Shown here piece after piece: positions 27,062 to 35,226 of a DNA stretch of 53,968 nucleotides (the first letter of the stretch is position 1; each line of letters starts with the position of its first letter). The notes beneath the pieces are model-generated. The model worked only from the letters and a program-made list of their open reading frames with translations. It ran no database searches and was not told the origin of the DNA. The translations under genes were made by a program, and so were the position numbers. The DNA is from Clostridia bacterium (lineage in GTDB: Bacteria; Bacillota; Clostridia; Oscillospirales; Acutalibacteraceae), in NCBI GenBank assembly GCA_017439765.1, contig JAFSIN010000056.1:1-53968 (forward strand), given 5' to 3'.

Positions 27062-27093
27062 AAAAACTGTGCTTTTTGCACAGTTTTTTTTTG
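27062..27093 (+). terminator. Intrinsic terminator after tRNA-Gly
   Basis: ACTGTGC (27066-27072) / GCACAGT (27078-27084) followed by T9. Confidence 0.85.
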
Positions 27094-27116
27094 AATTTTT
27101 GGTAAAATTTATTTAC

Positions 27117-27145
27117 TTGACAAAAATATAATAATAGAGTATTAT
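27117..27145 (+). promoter_or_regulatory. Sigma-A type promoter of sigH
   Basis: TTGACA (27117-27122), 17-nt spacer, TATTAT (27140-27145). Confidence 0.55.
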
Positions 27146-27184
27146 TATATTGTTAATAAATTATTCAATTTTGCTGGTGCTTTT

Positions 27185-27754
27185 ATGGAATTTTGCCAAA
27201 ATTTTCAAAAATCCGATTTATCTGATGAAGAATTGGTTAATACTATAAAATCCGGCTCGGTTGATTTGCTACATATTCTTATAAACAGGTATTTAGGCTT
27301 AATTTATAATAAAGCTAATAGCTTTGTTTCGATTGCTGAAAGGGAAGATATAATACAAGAAGGTATTATTGCTTTATATTCGGCTGTAAATGTTTACGAT
27401 AGTAATATTTCGGCTTTTTATACCTTTGCTAATTTATGTATAGAACGAAGTATGCTTTCATATTGTCGTAAACTGTCTTGTAAAAAGCAAATTCCTAATT
27501 ATTCCTTAGTTTCATTAGATGAAGGTAATAACAACACTACTACCAGTACTCCTGAATCATTAATTATAGAAAAAGAGGAATGCTTAACATTTACTAATAA
27601 AATTAAAAAAACTTTATCAAGTTTTGAATTAAAGGTTTTAAGTGAATTTTTGCTTGGTAATTCATATGAAAAAATTTCTCAAAACCTGAATGTAAATGTT
27701 AAATCAGTTAATAACGCAATGGTGCGCCTACGAAACAAAATAAGGGCTATTTAA
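27185..27754 (+). CDS. sigH: RNA polymerase sporulation sigma factor SigH
   Basis: 189 aa. REDIIQEGIIALYSAVNVYD..SAFYTFANLCIERS and LSSFELKVLSEFLLGNSYEKISQNLNVNVKSVNNAMVRLRNK align with B. subtilis SigH regions 2 and 4. Confidence 0.85.
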   Translation: MEFCQNFQKSDLSDEELVNTIKSGSVDLLHILINRYLGLIYNKANSFVSIAEREDIIQEGIIALYSAVNVYDSNISAFYTFANLCIERSMLSYCRKLSCKKQIPNYSLVSLDEGNNNTTTSTPESLIIEKEECLTFTNKIKKTLSSFELKVLSEFLLGNSYEKISQNLNVNVKSVNNAMVRLRNKIRAI

Positions 27755-27831
27755 TAGCTTTTATTATATAAGCCACAACTGTTTAACTTAGCCGTTGTGC
27801 AAAAAACCAAATCAAGAGAGGTAAAAAAGAG

Positions 27832-28125
27832 ATGTTTGAAGACAAGACACTAGTTTGCAAAGATTGCGGAGAAGAATTTGTTTTCACAGCACGTGAGCAA
27901 GAATTCTACGAATCTAAAGGCTTTGTTAACGAGCCTCAACGTTGCAAACCCTGCCGCGACAAACGTAAAAACGCAGGCAGAGCTCCTCGCGAATTACATG
28001 AAGCAGTATGTAATGCATGCGGCGGAGTAGCAAAGGTTCCATTTATCCCGCGCGATGACCGTCCGGTATATTGCAGCGAATGCTTTGCAAAGATGAAAGA
28101 GTCAGAAAATACTGATGCTGAATAA
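27832..28125 (+). CDS. Double CxxC zinc-ribbon protein (small, probably highly expressed)
   Basis: 97 aa. CKDC...CKPC and CNAC...CSEC. AGAGAGG SD and a strong terminator. Codon choice is visibly less AT-biased than in neighbouring genes. Confidence 0.75.
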   Translation: MFEDKTLVCKDCGEEFVFTAREQEFYESKGFVNEPQRCKPCRDKRKNAGRAPRELHEAVCNACGGVAKVPFIPRDDRPVYCSECFAKMKESENTDAE

Positions 28126-28150
28126 TTATATTTTTTAAATATAATATTTC

Positions 28151-28180
28151 AACCGCCCATTTTTATGGGCGGTTTTCTTT
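28151..28180 (+). terminator. Intrinsic terminator after the zinc-ribbon gene
   Basis: AACCGCCCAT (28151-28160) / ATGGGCGGTT (28165-28174) followed by TTTCTTT. Confidence 0.85.
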
Positions 28181-28250
28181 AATAATTAACATTTTGTTAA
28201 TACAATTATTGTATTTTAGTTATAAAATATTTTAAGAAAGGAGTTTTGTT

Positions 28251-28937
28251 ATGTTAAACGAAAAAATTCTTATTGTTGATGATGATTTAAATATTTGCGA
28301 ATTGTTAAAATTATATATTGAAAAAGAAGGATATTCAGCTATTGTTTGCCACGATGGCGCAGCAGCTGTTAAATTAAATGAAAACGAAACTCCATCTTTA
28401 ATATTACTTGATGTAATGTTACCTAAACTTGATGGTTGGCAGGTTTGCCGTGAAATCAGAAAAACCTCTAACGTGCCAATTATTTTATTAACCGCAAAGG
28501 GAGAAGTTTTCGACAAGGTTTTGGGTTTAGAGTTAGGCGCTGACGATTATATTACAAAACCATTTGATACTAAAGAGCTTATTGCTCGCATTAAAGCCGT
28601 GTTAAGAAGAACGGTTAAAGAAAATAATTCCGATTTAAAAAAAGTAACATATGAAAATTTAATAATTAATTTAACTAATTACGAGTTAAATGTTAATGGC
28701 AAAAATATTGATACACCGCCAAAAGAGTTAGAACTAATTTACCACTTGGCAAACAATCCTAACCGAGTTTTCACACGCGACCAGTTGTTAGATGAAGTTT
28801 GGGGCTTCGATTATTACGGAGATTCTCGGACGGTTGATGTTCATGTTAAACGTTTAAGGGAAAAACTTGAAAATGTGTCAGACAAATGGGAACTTAAAAC
28901 CGTTTGGGGCGTTGGCTACAAATTTGAGGTAAAATAA
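28251..28937 (+). CDS. OmpR-family two-component response regulator
   Basis: 228 aa. Receiver domain (DD...D at LLDVMLP...K) and winged-helix domain (RVFTRDQLLDEVWG...VDVHVKRLREKL). Confidence 0.92.
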   Translation: MLNEKILIVDDDLNICELLKLYIEKEGYSAIVCHDGAAAVKLNENETPSLILLDVMLPKLDGWQVCREIRKTSNVPIILLTAKGEVFDKVLGLELGADDYITKPFDTKELIARIKAVLRRTVKENNSDLKKVTYENLIINLTNYELNVNGKNIDTPPKELELIYHLANNPNRVFTRDQLLDEVWGFDYYGDSRTVDVHVKRLREKLENVSDKWELKTVWGVGYKFEVK

Positions 28938-28945
28938 GTAAGTAT

Positions 28946-30370
28946 ATGAAACTTTTTAAAAAATTTTTCTTTACAACTACTGTAATAATTCTCGTTAGCA
29001 TGACTCTAATAGCCGGAGTATTAACTTTTTTGGTTTCTAATTATTTTTCTAACGAAAAATTTAAACTTTTGCAAGATAATTGTAATGCTGTTTCTAAAAT
29101 ATTTATTAATGATATTCACTCAAATAATTTTAAGAAAAATGCTTACAATTTAATTACAATACAAAATAATATTTCTGGTGTTGATATTTTCTTAACCGAT
29201 AACACAGGTAAAATATTGATTTGCGGTTGCAATAATTTTGCTACCGAAATGCAATGCAATCATTCAAATATCGTTATTTCTAAACAAACCTTAGCAAATG
29301 TTAGTAAAAATAATTATTTCAAAGTTGGTAATCTTGGCGGTATTTATGAAAATGAACATTATACTTATGCCATACCTGTAAAAGATAATTCTAATGTATT
29401 ATATGGGTATGTTTTTGCCTCTACATCTACAGAAACTTTAAAAATTTTAATGATTAAAATTTTTAAAATTTTTATTTTTTCGGCAATAATACCTTTAATT
29501 TTAATGTTCATTGCGCTTTATGCAATGTCGTATAATATTACAAAACCGCTTAAATTAATGTCGCAAGCAGCTAAATTAATGGCCAAGGGCGATTTTTCAA
29601 AAAGAATCCCTGTTTATAATAACGACGAAATTGGCGAATTATCGGCTTCTTTTAACAGTATGAGTAAATCTTTAGCCGATTTAGAAAAAATGCGGCGTAG
29701 CTTTATTGCCGATGTTTCTCACGAGCTTCGCACACCCATGACAACTATTTCGGGCTTTATTGATGGTATTATTGACGGCACAATACCTGCCGAAAAGCAT
29801 AATTATTACCTAAATATAATTTTAAACGAGACAACAAGACTTTCTCGATTGGTGGAATCTATGCTAAATATATCAAAGTTGGAATCGGGTACTATAAATA
29901 TAAATAAAACAAAGTTTAATTTAACTAAGATGCTGGTTAATATTGTAATTAATCGAGAACAACAAATTAAAGAAAAAAATATTGAAATTGTTGGCTTAGA
30001 TAAATTAGATGATATTTATATTTTTGCCGATTACGATTTAATTTACCAGGTTGTTTATAACTTAACCGATAATGCCGTTAAATTCACTAACGAGAATGGA
30101 AAAATTGAGTTTTATAAAACCGAAAATAACACACAAATTGAATTAAATATTAAAAATACCGGCGAAGGAATAGATAATAACAACCTTAATTTTATTTTTG
30201 ACAGATTTTATAAAACAGATAAATCCCGTTCGGCCGACAAAAACGGCACGGGGCTTGGGTTATATATTGTTAAAACCATTGTAGAACTTCATAAAGGTAA
30301 AATTACCGCTACAAGTATACCGAATGAATTTACCGAATTCAAGGTTACTTTACCAATTAATTTAAACTAA
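28946..30370 (+). CDS. Sensor histidine kinase (2 TM, extracytoplasmic loop, HAMP, HisKA, HATPase_c)
   Basis: 474 aa. H-box SHELRTPMT, N-box DNAVKFT, G-boxes GEGI and GTGLGL. Confidence 0.92.
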   Translation: MKLFKKFFFTTTVIILVSMTLIAGVLTFLVSNYFSNEKFKLLQDNCNAVSKIFINDIHSNNFKKNAYNLITIQNNISGVDIFLTDNTGKILICGCNNFATEMQCNHSNIVISKQTLANVSKNNYFKVGNLGGIYENEHYTYAIPVKDNSNVLYGYVFASTSTETLKILMIKIFKIFIFSAIIPLILMFIALYAMSYNITKPLKLMSQAAKLMAKGDFSKRIPVYNNDEIGELSASFNSMSKSLADLEKMRRSFIADVSHELRTPMTTISGFIDGIIDGTIPAEKHNYYLNIILNETTRLSRLVESMLNISKLESGTININKTKFNLTKMLVNIVINREQQIKEKNIEIVGLDKLDDIYIFADYDLIYQVVYNLTDNAVKFTNENGKIEFYKTENNTQIELNIKNTGEGIDNNNLNFIFDRFYKTDKSRSADKNGTGLGLYIVKTIVELHKGKITATSIPNEFTEFKVTLPINLN

Positions 30371-30382
30371 CGGAGGAAACTA

Positions 30383-31657
30383 ATGTCTGATTTTAACGAA
30401 TTTAATAATAACGACAATACTACTGAAAGCTACCAACAACCGCAACCCGATTTTGAAAGTATAGATGAAGAAACTGTTATTGAATTAACAGAACCCATTA
30501 ATAATACAAATAATAATATAAAAGGTGTTAAAACTTTTATAATTTTTGTTTTATGCGCTATTATTTTATGTGCTGTTTCGGTATCTGCATATTTTGTTGG
30601 AAAAAATAATACCACAACTTCTTTTAATGGAGCTTTAAATCTTGAATCTAAACCCAGTAATTCCACTGCAAATTCAAGCCAAGAAATTTACGAAATTGTA
30701 AATAAATCGGTTGTAGGCATTGTGGTATATAACGAAAAGGGTATTAGTGGCTATGCCAGCGGCGTTGTTTATTCAGAAGATGGTTATATTATTACTAATG
30801 ACCATATTTATGAAAATGTTTCTAATGCAAAATTTAAAATTTATACATTCGACGGTAATTCATTAAATGCCGAGTTTGTTGCAGGGGACACCCGCAGTGA
30901 TTTAGCAGTTTTAAAGGCCGATACCACCGGTCTTTTCCCGGCCACTTTTGGTAATTCCGATGAACTTAATTTTGGCGAAGAGGTTGTTGCCGTTGGCCGC
31001 CCAAATGATGCTACTGCAAGTTCTTCTATTACAGGCGGAATTATTTCGTTTATAAACAGGCGAGTTTCTAATTCAACAAGTTATACCTCTAAGTTAATAC
31101 AAACCGATTCAGCAATTAACCCCGGCAGTTCCGGCGGCGCATTAGTTAATATGTATGGTCAGGTTGTTGGAATAACCTCTTCAAAGCTTGTAGGAGAGGC
31201 TTATGACAGCGTTGGATATGCAATACCTACCACAACCGTAAAATATGTTGTAGAAGAATTAATAGCAAATAAAAAGGTAACCACCCGTGCCAAACTTGGA
31301 ATAACCTATACCGAAATTAACGAAGTTACCGCCGAAATTAATAATTCCACTGTTACAGGCCTTTTAATTGCCGATATAAGCCCCGAAAGTTCTTTAAACG
31401 GCAAATTTACCGCAGGCGATATAATTACCGAAATTGATGGGGTTAAAATTACAAAAGGCGATATTGTTTTAGATAAAATTGAATCCTTAAAACCCGGTAA
31501 CAAAATTACTTTAACTATATATGTTGAAAAAAGCGGCACCTATAAATCTATTGAAGCCGAATTGCTTTTAGCCGAAAGCGAATCAAGCTATAAAGGCGAA
31601 ATACAAAATAACGAAAATAATTATAACGATACGTTTGATTTCCCTTATGGTTATTAA
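30383..31657 (+). CDS. HtrA/DegP-family membrane-anchored serine protease with PDZ domain
   Basis: 424 aa. TM anchor, catalytic H (TNDH), D (DLAVLK), S (GSSGGAL), C-terminal PDZ domain. Confidence 0.9.
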   Translation: MSDFNEFNNNDNTTESYQQPQPDFESIDEETVIELTEPINNTNNNIKGVKTFIIFVLCAIILCAVSVSAYFVGKNNTTTSFNGALNLESKPSNSTANSSQEIYEIVNKSVVGIVVYNEKGISGYASGVVYSEDGYIITNDHIYENVSNAKFKIYTFDGNSLNAEFVAGDTRSDLAVLKADTTGLFPATFGNSDELNFGEEVVAVGRPNDATASSSITGGIISFINRRVSNSTSYTSKLIQTDSAINPGSSGGALVNMYGQVVGITSSKLVGEAYDSVGYAIPTTTVKYVVEELIANKKVTTRAKLGITYTEINEVTAEINNSTVTGLLIADISPESSLNGKFTAGDIITEIDGVKITKGDIVLDKIESLKPGNKITLTIYVEKSGTYKSIEAELLLAESESSYKGEIQNNENNYNDTFDFPYGY

Positions 31658-31666
31658 TTAAATTTT

Positions 31667-31699
31667 AAAGCATTGCTTTTTGCAATGCTTTATTTTTTT
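31667..31699 (+). terminator. Intrinsic terminator after the htrA-like gene
   Basis: AAGCATTGC (31668-31676) / GCAATGCTT (31682-31690) followed by a T-rich run. Confidence 0.85.
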
Positions 31700-31711
31700 G
31701 CCACCGTGTTT

Positions 31712-31744
31712 TTGACAAAATATTTAATTTTAATATTGTATAAT
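31712..31744 (+). promoter_or_regulatory. spoIIG-type promoter: TTGACA and TATAAT separated by an overlong 21-nt spacer, with a 0A-box-like TTTGACA
   Basis: TTGACA at 31712-31717 and TATAAT at 31739-31744. TTTGACA (31711-31717) differs at one position from the reverse 0A box TTCGACA. Confidence 0.5.
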
Positions 31745-31763
31745 AAAAACGGGCGGTGGTTGT

Positions 31764-32603
31764 ATGATTGTTTATGTAGATATTTTAATTTTAGTTAACT
31801 CAATAATTAATTATTACATATTAATTTTAACAACCAAAATAAATAAAACACAATATAAAAATTTTCGTTTAATAATATCGGCATTTATTGGGTCTTTTTT
31901 TTCTTTTTTTATTTTTTTACCACAACAAAATATATTAATAGAAATTATTTTTAAAATCTTTAGTAGTTTTTGTTTGGTGTTAATTGCTTTTGGATATAAA
32001 AAAATTAAAACTTTTTTAAGAAGTCTATTTATAATGTTTTCGACTTCTTTTATTTTTGCAGGGGCAATGTTGGCAATTTGGGTTTTATTTAAACCTAATG
32101 GGTTAATTATAAATAATTCGGTGGTATATTTTAATATTTCACCTGTGTTGTTGGTTGCTTTTTCGGTAATTTTTTATATAGTTTTTACCGTTTTAAACTC
32201 TGTTTTGCAAAGAACGGCTAAAACGGCAACTCGTTGTAATGTTAAAATTACTTTAAACCAAAAAGATGAAAATTTTATTGGAATTTTTGATAGTGGGAAT
32301 TCGGTTAAAGATATTTTTGGTAACAGTGAAATTATATTCATTGGTGAAAACAGTGGTAAAAAATTATTTGGGAATATTGAAAATATTAGTAATATCTATA
32401 AATCAAGATACCGTATTTTGCCGTGCTCTACAGTAACAGGTTCAAAATTATTAGAGGCAGTAAGATGCGATTATGCTGAAATTTTTTGCGGCAAAAACAA
32501 AATAACGTTAAATAAACCCATTGTTGCTTTATCAAAAAACATAAACGAAGACGAATACAGCGTTATTTTGAATCCGGAAATATTAGTTTTGTTGGGGGAT
32601 TAA
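31764..32603 (+). CDS. spoIIGA: Sigma-E processing peptidase SpoIIGA
   Basis: 279 aa. N-terminal [20 protein letters not shown], 5 TM, FDSGN aspartic-protease motif. Followed directly by sigE. Confidence 0.93.
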   Translation: MIVYVDILILVNSIINYYILILTTKINKTQYKNFRLIISAFIGSFFSFFIFLPQQNILIEIIFKIFSSFCLVLIAFGYKKIKTFLRSLFIMFSTSFIFAGAMLAIWVLFKPNGLIINNSVVYFNISPVLLVAFSVIFYIVFTVLNSVLQRTAKTATRCNVKITLNQKDENFIGIFDSGNSVKDIFGNSEIIFIGENSGKKLFGNIENISNIYKSRYRILPCSTVTGSKLLEAVRCDYAEIFCGKNKITLNKPIVALSKNINEDEYSVILNPEILVLLGD

Positions 32604-32604
32604 A

Positions 32605-33312
32605 ATGTTTAAAAAATTAAACATATTTTTAAATAAAGTATTATTTAAATTAGGCTTTAAAAATTCAGTATATTATATTAACGGGCCTGAAACACTTCCT
32701 GCACCTTTTACTGCCGAAGAAGAAGCAGATTTATTAAAAAATTTTCACAGTAATAACAGTTATGTTAAAGAAAAATTAATTGTACATAATTTGCGTTTAG
32801 TGGTTTATATTGCCCGAAAGTTTGATTCAAACAATTCTACCGTTGAAGATTTAATTTCAATCGGTACAATTGGGTTAATTAAAGCGGTAAATACCTTTTG
32901 CCCCGAAAAAAACATTAAGTTAGCCACTTATGCTTCACGTTGCATTGAAAATGAAATTTTAATGTATTTAAGAAAAAATTCGGCCATAAAAACCGAAATT
33001 TCTATTGATGAACCTTTAAATATTGATTGGGACGGTAACGAATTATTATTATCCGACATTTTAGGCAGCGATGGGGAAGATATAAATAAAAGTATTGAGT
33101 TTGACGATGAAAAAAACTTATTATTAAATTTAATTAATGATTTACCAAAACGAGAAAAAGAAATTATTGAAATGCGGTTTGGCTTAAAAGGTTTTGCCGA
33201 ACTAACGCAAAAACAGGTTGCTGATACTTTAGGAATTTCGCAATCATATATTTCAAGGTTAGAAAAAAGAATAATTAATAAACTTAAAAAACAATTTGAA
33301 AAGGTAATTTAA
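32605..33312 (+). CDS. sigE: RNA polymerase sporulation sigma factor SigE (pro-sigma-E)
   Basis: 235 aa. Pro-sequence followed by [18 protein letters not shown], then sigma-70 regions 2-4. Confidence 0.95.
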   Translation: MFKKLNIFLNKVLFKLGFKNSVYYINGPETLPAPFTAEEEADLLKNFHSNNSYVKEKLIVHNLRLVVYIARKFDSNNSTVEDLISIGTIGLIKAVNTFCPEKNIKLATYASRCIENEILMYLRKNSAIKTEISIDEPLNIDWDGNELLLSDILGSDGEDINKSIEFDDEKNLLLNLINDLPKREKEIIEMRFGLKGFAELTQKQVADTLGISQSYISRLEKRIINKLKKQFEKVI

Positions 33313-33341
33313 AAGCCCGTGTAAAACACGGGCTTTTTTTA
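33312..33341. terminator. Bidirectional terminator between sigE and convergent mgtE
   Basis: AGCCCGTG (33314-33321) / CACGGGCT (33327-33334), with an A-run upstream and T7 downstream. Confidence 0.85.
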
Positions 33342-34712
33342 ACCTAATAATAAAGCTGCAACAGCAAAATAAATTAAAAGTGAAATGGCATCTACAATAG
33401 TTGTTATAAACGGACTAGCCATTACAGCAGGGTCTAATTTAAGTTTTTGTGCAAAAAGTGGTAGGGCAGAGCCAACAATTTTTGCAATAAATACTGTAAA
33501 AATTAAGGTAAAGCAAACAACTAAAGTTTCAATAATAAAGTTTTCGCCAAGGTTGCCTAAAATAAAATAATCAAAAACAATTATTTTAATAAAACTTACT
33601 GCAGCTAATATTCCTCCGCAAATTAAAGCAACCTTCATTTCTTTAAAAATTACCTTAAAAATATCTTTAAACTCAATTTCTCCGAGTGAAAGTCCGCGTA
33701 TAACCGTAACCGATGATTGACCGCCTGAATTACCGCCAGTACCCATTATCATGGGAATAAAGGCGATTAAAGCAGGGAATAACTTTAGCTTTTCTTCAAA
33801 CGAAGAAATAATCATACCGGTAAATGTTGCCGAAATCATAAGTAATAATAACCAAAAAATTCTAGCCTTTACTGTTTCGAAAACTCCGGTTTTTAAATAT
33901 GGTTTATCAGTTGGCAAAATGGCCGCCATTTTTTCAATATCTTCGGTGGTTTCTTCTTCTATAACATCAATGGCGTCGTCAATTGTAATAATACCAACAA
34001 GGCGGTTTTCGGCATCTACAACCGGCATTGCGGTCAGGTCATATTTTTTAAGTAAATTAGCAACACTTTCACGGTCTGATTCCGTGTTAACCGACACAAT
34101 GTTTCTTTCCATAATGTCAGAAATAATTTGGTCGGGGTTGGCAATAATTAAAGACCTAAGTGTAACAATACCAATTAAACGGCGGTCAGGTTCGGTAACA
34201 TAACAGGTGTTAACCGTTTCTTTGTCAATACCGGTTAGGTGAATTTGTTTAATTGCATCGGCAACGGTAATGGTGCGCTTAAGGTTAACAAATTCGGTTG
34301 TCATAACGCTTCCGGCACTGTCTTCGGGGTATTTTAATAATTCATTAATATCTTTACGCATTTCGGGGGTTGCGTGCCTTAAAATTCGGCTTACAACATT
34401 AGCCGGCATTTCTTCAACAATATCGGCCGCATCGTCTGCATAAAGTTCGTTAATAATATCTTTAAGTTCGCGGTCAGAAAAACTTTTTATTAAAAATTCT
34501 TGTAATTCACTGTCAAATTCTACAAAAGTTTCTGCAGCTAATTCTTTGGGCAATAGCCTAAAAATTTTAGGTAAATTTTCTCGGTCAAGCTCTTCAAACA
34601 AAACCGCAATATCGGCGCTATTCATTCCAATTAATTTGGTTTTAATTGCACTAAAGCGCTTTTTTTCGATTAATTCTAATAATTCTTCTGTTAAAATAAG
34701 ATTGTTTTCCAC
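33339..34712 (-). CDS. mgtE: Magnesium transporter MgtE
   Basis: 457 aa, GTG start after AGGAGG. MgtE N-domain, tandem CBS domains, 5 TM C-terminal domain with a GGNxG-type motif (GTGGNSGGQ). Confidence 0.94.
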   Translation of the reverse strand: MENNLILTEELLELIEKKRFSAIKTKLIGMNSADIAVLFEELDRENLPKIFRLLPKELAAETFVEFDSELQEFLIKSFSDRELKDIINELYADDAADIVEEMPANVVSRILRHATPEMRKDINELLKYPEDSAGSVMTTEFVNLKRTITVADAIKQIHLTGIDKETVNTCYVTEPDRRLIGIVTLRSLIIANPDQIISDIMERNIVSVNTESDRESVANLLKKYDLTAMPVVDAENRLVGIITIDDAIDVIEEETTEDIEKMAAILPTDKPYLKTGVFETVKARIFWLLLLMISATFTGMIISSFEEKLKLFPALIAFIPMIMGTGGNSGGQSSVTVIRGLSLGEIEFKDIFKVIFKEMKVALICGGILAAVSFIKIIVFDYFILGNLGENFIIETLVVCFTLIFTVFIAKIVGSALPLFAQKLKLDPAVMASPFITTIVDAISLLIYFAVAALLLG

Positions 34713-34757
34713 AGTCTTCCTCCTTAAAATTTATTTGCAGGATATAAGGATGTAAGA

Positions 34758-34819
34758 CACAAAAGGGGACAGGCTATTTGAAAAAACAGATGCAAACAAG
34801 TTTTTTACAAATACGCCCC
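34758..34819 (-). terminator. Long terminator/attenuator hairpin in the mgtE leader
   Basis: RNA reads GGGG-CG-UAUUUG-U-AAAAAAC [12-nt loop] GUUUUUU-CAAAUA-GCCUGU-CCCC followed by UUUUGUGU. Confidence 0.5.
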
Positions 34820-34851
34820 AAAGGTGTTATACCACAACTATCCGCATCCAT
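34774..34851 (-). CDS. Candidate 25-codon leader peptide (uORF) in the mgtE leader
   Basis: GAGAGGUGA SD lies 5-6 nt before the ATG (34851-34849). Peptide MDADSCGITPLGRICKKLVCICFFK; stop TAG at 34776-34774. The ORF spans both arms of the terminator hairpin. Confidence 0.25.
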   Translation of the reverse strand: MDADSCGITPLGRICKKLVCICFFK

Positions 34852-34885
34852 TTTTTTCACCTCTCAAAACAAATTTAACTATTTA

Positions 34886-34913
34886 ATTATAACATAATAC
34901 AAATTTTTGTCAA
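34886..34913 (-). promoter_or_regulatory. Sigma-A type promoter of mgtE
   Basis: Minus strand reads TTGACA (34913-34908), 16-nt spacer ending in TGt, TATAAT (34891-34886). Confidence 0.6.
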
Positions 34914-34944
34914 ACAAAAATATACATTTAACAAAAAATTTTAA

Positions 34945-34973
34945 TTGACATATATATATTAATATGTTAAAAT
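34945..34973 (+). promoter_or_regulatory. Sigma-A type promoter of the L-box/lysC-lysA operon
   Basis: TTGACA (34945-34950), 17-nt spacer ending in TGt, TAAAAT (34968-34973). Confidence 0.6.
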
Positions 34974-34982
34974 CAATTGACA

Positions 34983-35146
34983 AAGATAGAGGAGCATTTC
35001 TTCATTATTAAATTCCGTGTAAGCTTCGCAGGCGTTGCGGTCTTGAAAGGGAAGGGTGCCGAAGGCAGTATTTGCGAAATACTGTTCTGGCAATTTGGGT
35101 TAATACCCACTTTGTTGTCGCTAATTTTGGCGGAGTGCTATCCTGG
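34983..35146 (+). promoter_or_regulatory. Lysine riboswitch (L-box) aptamer
   Basis: AGAGGAGC...GAAAGGGAAGGGUGCCGAAGGC...CUGG...GGAGUGCUAUCC are the conserved L-box core elements. The downstream genes are aspartokinase and lysA. The ORF-track entry 34977-35162 is an artefact of this RNA. Confidence 0.85.
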
Positions 35147-35176
35147 TTTGCTTTATTTTTAAGTCTATTTCAGGTG

Positions 35177-35213
35177 GCAGTTTAATGTTTACATTAAGCT
35201 GCTAATTATTTTT
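35177..35213 (+). terminator. L-box expression-platform terminator
   Basis: 11-bp stem GCAGUUUAAUG / CAUUAAGCUGC (35177-35202, one G-U) with a UUUA loop, then UAAUUAUUUUU. Confidence 0.6.
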
Positions 35214-35226
35214 AGGAGATGTTTTT

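Noticed and set aside
34713-34900. Expected M-box (ykoK) Mg2+ riboswitch upstream of mgtE.
   Set aside because: I looked for the conserved M-box core strings on the minus strand and did not find them. This is reported as a different kind of leader in the findings. A covariance-model scan is still needed to be certain.
34945-34972. dif-like imperfect palindrome TTGACATAT-N8-ATATGTTAA, whose right part resembles the E. coli XerD arm TTATGTTAAAT.
   Set aside because: The two arms are simply the -35 (TTGACA) and the extended -10 (TGTTAAAAT) of the L-box promoter. The spacing is 8 rather than 6, and the inner ATAA/TTAT ends are missing.
34977-35162. 61-aa ORF in the track between mgtE and the aspartokinase gene.
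   Set aside because: It coincides with the lysine riboswitch aptamer, so the open frame is incidental to a structured RNA.
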